This document shows positions 10,631-19,423 of a stretch of 19,423 nt of DNA, piece after piece. Within the stretch, counting starts at the first letter, position 1. Each line of letters opens with the position of its first letter. Source of the stretch: Zygophlyctis sp. KS116 (lineage: Eukaryota; Fungi; Chytridiomycota); the NCBI GenBank assembly GCA_054661495.1, contig BAAFSQ010000188.1, positions 1-19,423 of the forward strand, in the 5' to 3' direction. The notes beneath the pieces are model-generated. The model ran no database searches, was not told where the DNA came from, and saw only the letters and a program-made list of their open reading frames with translations. Position numbers and translations under genes: made by a program.

Positions 10631-13600
10631 ATGCCCCAGAAACAAAGAAAAGGGAATCTGAAACCGGTTTCATCATCATCGATATCTGCGGCCGAAAATA
10701 ATGTTGTCAATCATCCGCTACTAAGGACATTAATGAATAAACGGGATGAAAATACACTTATAAAAGCATTGACAGAATTGAATGCAATTGCGCAGATGCA
10801 AGATTCATCGATAGATTATCAGGAATGGATTCTAATTTTTAACAAATTGGCCAATTTACCATTTAAGCGTTGTAGATCGCTGTCAGTAAAAGTTCAGGGG
10901 ATCTTAACTTGCAAATACGGAAAAGCAATTTATCCGTTTTTACCAAATGCAATTACTAATTGGATGCGATTATTATTCGATCCCTATGTTTATGTAGAAG
11001 CAAATGAATCGTTTAATGCATGTTTTCCAAAACCTGAAATTAATGAAATTAATGAAATTGGAGAAATAACTGATGGCGGAGAAAATAGAATCTGGGAATT
11101 TTCTCAAAAAAGAGTCTTGAATGATCTATTGGATTTTTTCAAGTATGAAAATGCAGAAAGTTTATGTAACTATTATTTATAATATTCTAGCTGATTTAAG
11201 ATTTATTGATCTAGTGGATGCGGAGCAAACATTTGAAAGAGTAACAGAGAGTAATATCTCAATTATTATAAAATTATTGTCAATTTTAAGTCAATCTAAA
11301 AGAGAGAGATTTAAGGAGGAATATCAAAACTTATTTAATGAATCTAAATTTTGGAAGTTAACTACTTCACAGTCTGTGGGAGTTAAGAGAGAGATGTATC
11401 GATTGGTTGGTGTTTTATGTGATAAAGATCATGGTATTATAATGTTTTTGAAAGTTTAGAGTTGTTGGATTTTTCATTGGGTCATATTGGAAGTATTTGG
11501 ATTCCAAAAATTTTTACAGACTCTAACATTAGAAATCAAGCTGATTTATGGGAGAGTTTGGTAAAATTAACAAAGATAAGACCTCAAGTTTGGATTTTGG
11601 GATCAGCAAAAAAGCCAATGTTGTCAAAGTATTTGAAGTTTCTTTCTACTGGATGTCATGGTTTGGGACATATAATTTATCCTTGTCAGCTAGTCATATT
11701 TAGTTTGATTCCTAAAGAATTGATGAATGAAGGATTTTTAAAGTTTGTTACGGATTATTTAGCTGCATGTTGGAAAGGATTTTTCTGTAAATCTGTGCAC
11801 AATGATTCAAAAGAATTTTCAGAAATGGTGTTAGAAGTTGTATGCTGCTGTATCACTACATTTAACAAAGACAATCAATTTGTTAACCCAGAGTTCTTGA
11901 AAATTGGATTCATAGATCCACTATTTTCTACTTTTGAAAAGCAGGTATCATATAATGCTAAATTCTTACATTAGAATTTAGACTGGGGGGTCATATTCCA
12001 AAAGCAATGGGTGAAATATTTCGCCACAATGAGTCGCTCTTCAAAAGTACCAGGTAAACATTATATTTTAATTCAAGAATCATTTGCAGCAGACCTGCTA
12101 AATACGGTGATCAAAAGAGCTGATTCGGATATTACTTGCGCTTCCAATCTATATTTTTATTACAATGCTTTTGCAAAACTGTATGCATCGCTTTGCGTTG
12201 AGCCTGATCTTTCTTCTGGTCTAAAGGTAATATAAAAAATCAAGTTTATTTTAGAGAGAATTAGAGAAAAAGAATTATGTTGTCTTAAAACAGCTTTTAT
12301 TGCATTTGGCCGCTGATTTGGAAAGTGGGCAGGATTTGTTTGAGGGATGCACGCGTCTCTTAGAAGCATTTAATTTTCCTAACTGTGAAATTGAATCGAT
12401 TTTACTCAATTGGATTGACAATATTCCAATCAAGTTTTATCTTGAACATCCCGACAAATTCCCGTCATTTTTGTCTCTTATAATAACAATTTGTCATTTC
12501 TTGGATCAGGAACTGGGCAAAAAAGTCTGGAAAAAGATTGTTAGCTTTGTTAATTCAGAAAACAGATTGGATCTTATGGCTGAATTATTACATTCGAGTA
12601 TGCAATTTGAATTCAGACATGACCCCGCGCCAGAGATTGAATGGATCGGAGATCTCGAGTTTTTGGAAAACGTATGTACTCCCTCAACAATAGCGGATAT
12701 TTTAAAGCTTTTTGGTAAACTAAATTAATTAATTATCGTCTAGAAAAAGGGCTTACTTCCGAAGTTCTTTATCAAAATATTTTACAAAAAATTCAAAATG
12801 AGTTCATATCTGGGGCTAAGCAATTATTCAAAAATGGGAAACCTCCACTCGGGCGAGTTGAATTTGTTTTAAGAGTCTTCACTGACCTTGGGTACGATGC
12901 AGCCAAGAAAATATTTTCCAACATTACACTGATTTTTTCACATGTTTCTATAATGGCATTATTTGAATCTTGCATTTCTGGCGAATCACTTAAACTAGCC
13001 GACCAAATTTTTCAGGAATGGGGTTCAATTATTTGGGAAGAATTTCCGGACGAAGTTTTTAACGAAATTAGCAGCTGGATAAAACTCGGCTTATCAATTT
13101 CTCCATCTCAACAACTAGGAAGGTAAGTTGTGTTCTCTGAAAATCTTAGTGGAGAAGATTATTTTAAAATATGTAAATATACTCTGAATTATTCTAAAAA
13201 GGATCCTGTATGCTTTTGGGCGGAAGTATTTGATAACCAGGCTTTATCCCGGCCATACTTATGGGATAGATCGTTAGTTATTTTTCACCCTTCTCTGCTT
13301 CTAATTGGTAACAATAACATAAAAGCTGAATGGTTTCCAAGATATATTGATGTATCTTATAAAGTGGTAGAACTTTACGGCACAAATATTTTGTCAAATA
13401 ATGAAAACCTACTGCTGGACTGGATAAGGCAGTATCATTTTTTGCTTAATTCAGAAAGACTTCTTCTGAATGAATCTGCAGTATCTTCAGTGCAACTAAG
13501 AAAAATGGAAAAAATAATCGATTCTAGCATCCTTGGCCAGAAATGGGCCACGCTTGCAATAGATGACATTTTGAATTTGAAGAGCCAAACTTGCTTGGGT

Positions 13601-15620
13601 ATGGCTTTTAAAAACGCCATTTTTCAAGGGAATGAGGTTGATTTGCTCTCTTTCATTTGGTTACTAGAGAAAATAGCTCATTTACACGGTAGTGCCATGA
13701 TGCTTCCATTAGTGAAATACGCTAGAAAGGAATCCGAAGGTACGCTAAATGCAGTTATAATAATCGTAGAACATCAAATTCTCAGCTCATTGATAATTAT
13801 GGATGGTCTTAAAAGTTTAAGCTTTAAGGAGCTTCATTGGATGGAAGATATCATGGATATTATAATCGGTATAGAATCATTAACGGATGATTTTTCCACA
13901 TTTTTGATATTGCTCCTATGTTTAGTTAGAAATAACGAAAAGATGTTAGGGGAAATCACTGATTCTAAAACAGAATTATTTTTTAATCATATAAGAAATA
14001 AGGTCGGTGAAAATGGGTCTGAATGGTGCAAACTATCAGAAAATGTTGTTATATTACTTAGCCAGTTGTTTTCCGTCCAGATTAAGTCTGGTATAACTAT
14101 CGATTCTGAATATATTCTGAATTGGGCGCTTTTCTTTACAATTTCTAATTCGCATTCTACAGCATTGCAATTTAATATTTTTAAATTGACAGAAGAAATT
14201 TGCATGGAATCTGGATCAGATTTAATCATATCAAAAGATAATCGGGATGAGCTCTTCTATCAGGCCCTCTCCTTGTTCGTCATAGAATCGAAATCAGAGA
14301 AGAAATTAATCCCTGAAAAAGAGTGCCTTTTTTGTCTGGCCCGAATAGCAAATTCAGTTCCTGAAAGCGTTTTGCTCGAGTCCACTCATTTTGAAGAGGT
14401 GAATCTCGCACCATACATTAACATCTAGTTGTTTCAGATATTATACGCCAGTGATTTTACTGTTCAACTTACGGCCTGGAATCTTCTTCACAGAAAGGTC
14501 GCCGTAAAAGTGCAATCTTTATCATTATTAATGGAAATGAATAATTTAACTGATGAGCAAAGTCTACCACAGGAGCTCACTTACAATATATGCCAGCCAT
14601 TGCCTACTTTTGATCTTACAAACCCAGCTGGCGATGTGGTATATTGATTTTTCCTTTACGAATTAGAATTCAAAGCGTATCGTTGGCTTTTTATTTCATT
14701 GGGCTCTAATATTTGATTATTTAACAGACACGGTAATAATAATACAATTTATGATTAGACTATGAGATTGAAAAATCAGTACATATCAGAAATACAGAAT
14801 GGAGAGTACATTGATCATTTTCTCACTATTTGCTGGGATATTCTTGGTGTAGGCTGGAGTAATTCCCCGTTTGATTTGGGTCCTTGGGATTTCAGAAACC
14901 TGAATTTGGAAATTTGGGAGCCTGCCGAATCAGGACTACCATTATTGACAGCACATTTGATTTGGAGGGGACTGATCATTTGTCCCTCTCTAATAAGATC
15001 CTGGTATACTGAATGTAAAGATCGTAGTTTGACTATCGCAGTTGAAAAGTATTTTTTAATTAGTAATTTTATAGATACATTGAGAGATATTTTTCAAATC
15101 TCTTGATTAGGGAGCAGGTTGTTGATTTGGAGCGAAGAAAAAAGGAAATACAAAACTTAACTGTTAAAACCAGCAAAACTCAAAGAGAAGTAACTGCATC
15201 TTACATTATTGATGAAGCATCATTAGATATTTTGTTTAGATTTCCATCAAATTATCCTTTACGTCAGATTGAAATTGAATCGGGAATCGGAAAAGTTATT
15301 GGTGTTCCAGAAGCCAAATGGCGAGCATGGATTTTATCGATTACTGTTTTGATGATCTCACAAAATGGATCTATATATGATGCATTAAATGTATTCCAGA
15401 AAAATGTTAGTCTTCATTTCGAGGGCGTAGAGGATTGTGCCATATGTAAGATACTTTAATTTATACCATAGGTTATTCAATTATCGGTGTCTTGGATAAT
15501 ACACTACCATCAAAGCAATGTAAAAATTGCAAGCACAAGTTCCACTCGGCTTGCTTATTTAAATGGTTTAAAACATCTGGTCAGAGTACTTGCCCACTAT
15601 GTCGCCAGAGCAGCTTTTAA
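10631..15620 (+). CDS. LTN1: Listerin E3 ubiquitin ligase (ribosome quality control), about 1550-1560 aa
   Basis: Introns: 11166-11190, 11434-11459, 11945-11974, 12227-12254, 12715-12743, 13123-13149, 14399-14428, 14639-14666, 14733-14758, 15049-15074 and 15446-15471, plus a candidate at 13740-13769. The N-terminus has KQRKGNLKPVSS and KRDENTLIKALTEL. There is an RWD-like FPSNYPL, and the spliced C-terminal RING reads FEGVEDCAICYSII...LPSKQCKNCKHKFHSACLFKWFKTSGQSTCPLCR. Confidence 0.95.
11036..11071 (+). repeat. Degenerate 9-bp tandem repeat inside LTN1 exon 1
   Basis: GAAATTAAT GAAATTAAT GAAATTGGA GAAATAACT encodes EIN-EIN-EIG-EIT. Confidence 0.7.
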
Positions 15621-15823
15621 ACCATTAATTGGATGTCATATTTCAAATAATGTACTGTCAGTAGATTTGAATTCTAGTAGAATAATGCATTGAATAAAAA
15701 GACTATAATTTTTAAATTTTGTAAACTTGATTTTTAAACCATAATTTCCTAAAATTCTACTTTCCAAAATCAAGGATAAAATCCAAAGAAATTCCACAGT
15801 TTATCCTAAATCCTTAAAAATCA

Positions 15824-16660
15824 CTATTGCTCTTCTAAATTTATCAATTCCAAGGAAAATCCATTATTTTCTAATAATTTTTTAGCAAGATCTATTAAAT
15901 CCCCATGAGAACTTTCTTCCTCCTTGACTGATTCTTTTTCTTTTACAAAAACTTCTGGAGTCTTTTCAAAAAAAGATTGAATATTTCCATCAGTTTTAGA
16001 CCCAAAACATGTAATTGTACGCTCTTCCACAACTGTTTTTGGAATAAATCTTGTAGAAACTGTACATATTCTTGGAGTATAAATAATTGCCAAATATCTA
16101 CAAGTTGAAACTTCTGATATTTTAGAAATATGATCATGCGCATCTTCTTTACAGTGAATTTGTATTTCAGTTGTTCTAGGCTCTCCGCTAACATCACAAA
16201 TAGTCCCTGAACCAAGAGTTATCATTGGAAAAACAAAAGTATGAGTATCATTGATGGTGACTAATTCGCGATTTACAACAACATTTCCTAGATTATAATG
16301 CAAAACTATTCCCTTTTCAGGAACTTGATGAAACTGAGATATTCCCTTCTTTGGACAATATTCATATTTCCAGAATCCCAGATTCCATTCTAGACATGGC
16401 ATTTGATAAATAGCATCTAGCGCCAATTCTAAAATATTCTCTTGCTCAATTTCTGGAGAAGCATCTTTTATAGTCGAGTCTTGCGGCGGAATCCAACAAT
16501 ACAGACTCTGTTCTCCCAATTTAACTGGAATTAAATCCTTATCAAGAGGAGGTTCCTTTGAGGAAAAGTAAAGACTATGAAAAGGCACAGAAAAAATATC
16601 TGCTTTAATATCTAAACCCATAGCAGCGCTGGAAAAGAGTAAAAACATGAATTTCAACAT
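15824..16660 (-). CDS. OS-9/Yos9/erlectin-like ER lectin (MRH/PRKCSH domain), about 278 aa, intronless
   Basis: The N-terminus MLKFMFLLFSSAAMG resembles a signal peptide. MRH motifs: CLEWNLGFWKYEYCPKKGISQFH, YNLG, GSGTICDVSGEPRTTEIQIHC and ISEVSTCRYLAIIYTPRIC. The start is ATG 16660 or 16648. Confidence 0.88.
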   Translation of the reverse strand: MLKFMFLLFSSAAMGLDIKADIFSVPFHSLYFSSKEPPLDKDLIPVKLGEQSLYCWIPPQDSTIKDASPEIEQENILELALDAIYQMPCLEWNLGFWKYEYCPKKGISQFHQVPEKGIVLHYNLGNVVVNRELVTINDTHTFVFPMITLGSGTICDVSGEPRTTEIQIHCKEDAHDHISKISEVSTCRYLAIIYTPRICTVSTRFIPKTVVEERTITCFGSKTDGNIQSFFEKTPEVFVKEKESVKEEESSHGDLIDLAKKLLENNGFSLELINLEEQ

Positions 16661-16747
16661 TTTAAGTGAATCACGAAGGTATAATTCTAATATTATAGGA
16701 ATATTATATACTTTTAAGAAAAGTAGAAAAATCAATAGAAAAATCAC

Positions 16748-18424
16748 TTATATTTTAGCATACTTCTTCATGTCTGTTAGTCTCTTGAACAATAATGGTT
16801 CAGTCCTGGGACACGGAATACATCCAGAATCTATAGAAACTTGTCCAAGAGATTCAAGGATGCTAGAATCTAATTTATCATAATTCTCTAAAAGTGATTC
16901 TAAAAGAGGAGAAGAGACATTTCCTGATTCTTGAGCTTTTGAATATAATGACATAGCTTCCTTAATTTTTCCAATTTTCAAATATCCTTTAACCATTTCA
17001 GAATAGACTTTAAAACAATGATTACTAGTCCAATTCTGGATATTTTTTTCAAAAATGTCAAAAGCTTCTTCTAATTCATTCTTTTGAGATTTGGCAATAC
17101 ACATTAGTGCGGATAATTCAGAATGTGGTGCAAGAGATGAATATTTTTCCAATTGTCCTCCAGGTAATAGAGTAGAGTAAATTTGAACTGCCAAATGTGG
17201 ATCGTTTGCATCGTTAGAGACCCAATGGGAGATTAAACTAGTTAAAAATCTAGGATATAATAGTTCTGGTAGTTCACCGAGTGTTGATCTTTCCAAAACA
17301 AATAAATGATGTTTTCCCATTGCATTTTGAGCAAGAGGAAGAATTAATTCACTTGGAATATCCCATGATTCAATTGTAGAATTTTCAGTATTTAGAGTAT
17401 TTAAAGCTGAAAAACACCGATTCCAAGCCACATCATCTTCCTTCTTTTTTAAGTGAGCTTGAATTAGAATTTTATGCATTTCTACTGATGGTTCTATTGA
17501 CAAAATTCCCGAAAGACCATAAGTTCTAATAGCTCCAGACAAATCATTATCATTAGAGTATGCTCTCATTAAAATTTCAAACATTTCTGTAGTTGGAACT
17601 AAATTTCCTCCCTTTTTCCTAAATGATTCATAAACCTTTACAACATCTGCCAACTGTCCATTTTTTTCATGAGCCAACATTAGTGCAGCCCAACAGTCTT
17701 GACTCCATTTCCAATTTCTAACCTTTATCAATTGCAAAAAACTACTAGTAGCAGTTGTATCCCCATTCATTGCAAAAACTCTTGCAGTTTCAACTAGTAT
17801 ATCTCTATCAACATCAAATTCAAATTCCTTATTTTCCACCCTTTTAAATAATTCCATTGCAGTTTTAATATCTGCATTATTAACTGCAGTTTTAATTAAA
17901 ATAGAAAGAGTATTGGAGTTTAAAACTACTGCTTTATCAATCATTTGATCTAGAATAGATAATCCTGCTTGTAATCTATTGTACTTTAGACAAATAATTT
18001 CCAGGAATCCATTGTAAAAATCCGTTAAACTTTGATTTTGGCTAAAGTTGAAAGTATTATCAGCAATTTTAGATTTGAAATAATTGACCACAGATTCAAT
18101 TGAATTTCCAGAATTTAATTTTAATTTTTGAATTTCAAATTCTAAATTTCCAATCATTTTTCTAGATTCCAACAAATTGACAAGATCGGCTGCAGAATTG
18201 TAGTTTCTGGGCTCAAAGGAATTTAAATAAACTTTTAAAACTTGAAACAATTCCTCATCATTGAGATATTCTTCCAAATCTTTCTTTTGACAAGATTCAT
18301 AAAATTCTTTAATTTTTTTAGAGTTTGATAGAGCTAATGCATTTTTTAGTAGAAATTGGGGCTTGGCGGTCTTTTGAGGAGTGATGAAATGCTTTAGCGC
18401 CGGTTGGCTAAAGAATCGTTTCAT
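16748..18424 (-). CDS. Pentatricopeptide-repeat-like protein, probably mitochondrial, about 558 aa, intronless
   Basis: Helical repeats of about 35 aa: NSNTLSILIKTAVNNADIKTAMELFKRV, WAALMLAHEKNGQLADVVKVYESFRKKG, PTTEMFEILMRAYS and YSEMVKGYLKIGKIKEAMSLYSKAQESG. The N-terminus MKRFFSQPALKHF resembles a presequence. Confidence 0.8.
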   Translation of the reverse strand: MKRFFSQPALKHFITPQKTAKPQFLLKNALALSNSKKIKEFYESCQKKDLEEYLNDEELFQVLKVYLNSFEPRNYNSAADLVNLLESRKMIGNLEFEIQKLKLNSGNSIESVVNYFKSKIADNTFNFSQNQSLTDFYNGFLEIICLKYNRLQAGLSILDQMIDKAVVLNSNTLSILIKTAVNNADIKTAMELFKRVENKEFEFDVDRDILVETARVFAMNGDTTATSSFLQLIKVRNWKWSQDCWAALMLAHEKNGQLADVVKVYESFRKKGGNLVPTTEMFEILMRAYSNDNDLSGAIRTYGLSGILSIEPSVEMHKILIQAHLKKKEDDVAWNRCFSALNTLNTENSTIESWDIPSELILPLAQNAMGKHHLFVLERSTLGELPELLYPRFLTSLISHWVSNDANDPHLAVQIYSTLLPGGQLEKYSSLAPHSELSALMCIAKSQKNELEEAFDIFEKNIQNWTSNHCFKVYSEMVKGYLKIGKIKEAMSLYSKAQESGNVSSPLLESLLENYDKLDSSILESLGQVSIDSGCIPCPRTEPLLFKRLTDMKKYAKI

Positions 18425-18531
18425 AAAAAAATTTAACCTCACCTTGACCTTGGACTTGGAAGTACTTATTGTGATGAATTTAGCATAATCAAAGTTAAAG
18501 TCAAGTTTTAATTTTTAAAAATGTTAATAAA

Positions 18532-19329
18532 CTAAACCATCTTTTCACAAGAATTTTGTTTTTTGGGGAATTTAATTGGAAATTTTAAAAATCCTGATTT
18601 CTCATTCTCTTCTTCTTCCTGATCCTCCTCTTCAATTTCAAGTTCACTGGTACAATTTGGACAGCGTGTTGCTTTTACAGGAATTGATTTGAAACAGAAA
18701 TCACAATCCTTCTCCTTTGGTGCAGGTTTAGTTCTTCTAAAGGCGGCAGCATAGGCCTTGACAATAAAGAATAGAATAATTCCAGTAATCAGTAAATTGA
18801 TAAGTTTGTCAAAGAAATTGCCATAATTCCAGGTTAGAACACCTGCTTTATTTGCTAATTCTGAAGTAGCAAAAAATCTTTGGATTTGAGTTTTATCTTC
18901 ACAATTTACTAAAGTTTGAGCTCCCTTGCTGTTTTTGACAATAGTGTCTAAATCTGCTCCTTTTTTTATCTGATCTTCTAATCCTTGAGGACATTTGATT
19001 GCTAGATATGCAAAAGATAAACTTTTACTAAACATGAGACCAATCAGTGGTGAAAATAGATCTGATACAAATGAGTTTACAACGGCTGTAAATGCAGCTC
19101 CCATAACTAATGCAACAGCAACATCAATGACATTTCCTCTGTCTAAAAAGGATTTAAAGTCCTTTAATAATTGGGCTAATCCAGTACCAGCCTTTTTGGA
19201 AGAATCTACTATAGTTGTAGCGGATGCTGCTACAGTAGAGCCGATTTTATGTGTAGTCTTTGAGATGGCATGAAGCGCTACATTTCTTTGTTTTGGATTT
19301 AAATCATTTGTTTTTCCACTATTTTCCAT
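18532..19329 (-). CDS. mscL: Large-conductance mechanosensitive channel (MscL family) with C-terminal zinc ribbon, about 265 aa, intronless
   Basis: The S1 and TM1 signature is LKDFKSFLDRGNVIDVAVALVMGAAFTAVVNSFVSDLFSPLIG. TM2 is NYGNFFDKLINLLITGIILFFIVK. The tail KDCDFCFKSIPVKATRCPNCTSEL has two CxxC pairs. The first ATG is at 19329. Confidence 0.93.
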   Translation of the reverse strand: MENSGKTNDLNPKQRNVALHAISKTTHKIGSTVAASATTIVDSSKKAGTGLAQLLKDFKSFLDRGNVIDVAVALVMGAAFTAVVNSFVSDLFSPLIGLMFSKSLSFAYLAIKCPQGLEDQIKKGADLDTIVKNSKGAQTLVNCEDKTQIQRFFATSELANKAGVLTWNYGNFFDKLINLLITGIILFFIVKAYAAAFRRTKPAPKEKDCDFCFKSIPVKATRCPNCTSELEIEEEDQEEEENEKSGFLKFPIKFPKKQNSCEKMV

Positions 19330-19423
19330 TTTACTTTTCAAACTGTTTTACAAGGTTTAATTTAGATCAAGTCCCCTGCTAAATTTAGAATTCAGGTGGA
19401 TCCCAAGCTATATTTAGATCCCG

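Noticed and set aside
12672-12693. Intron-like GTATGT...AATAG (22 nt) in LTN1
   Set aside because: Splicing it gives CGG ATA TTT TAA, a premature stop, while the unspliced frame is open.
16661-16747. Upstream extension of the OS-9 ORF abutting the PPR stop, suggesting a fusion or operon
   Set aside because: It begins at a non-ATG codon in AT-rich spacer, and a good signal peptide starts at ATG 16660.
19360-19420. Three ATTTAGA copies upstream of mscL
   Set aside because: It is a short AT-rich word with irregular spacing, truncated by the window edge.

Overview
This is eukaryotic nuclear DNA, not prokaryotic. It is AT-rich and very compact, and it uses the standard code (TAA, TAG and TGA all end genes). 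It is most likely from an early-diverging, chytrid-like fungus, which is an inference from protein similarity and gene content. The ORF track is fragmented because genes are broken by tiny GT-AG introns. I reconstructed 39 frame-required introns of 23-33 nt (mean about 27) and 2 stopless in-frame candidates. There are ten complete genes: an ERD1/EXS membrane protein (-), a Git3/cAMP-receptor-like 7TM protein (+), coatomer beta (+, 14 introns), INSIG (-), dihydrolipoamide dehydrogenase (+, 7 introns), DBP4/DDX10 helicase (-, 3 introns), listerin LTN1/RKR1 (+, 11-12 introns), an OS-9/Yos9-like lectin (-), a mitochondrial PPR-like protein (-) and an intronless bacterial-type MscL channel with a zinc ribbon (-). 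The 3' end of an eleventh gene may lie at 1-91. Intergenic gaps are 34-282 bp. The highlights are the ultra-short intron system with relaxed splice signals, an exact 16-bp element shared by two 70-bp bidirectional promoters (its core is also in a third), and the eukaryotic MscL.
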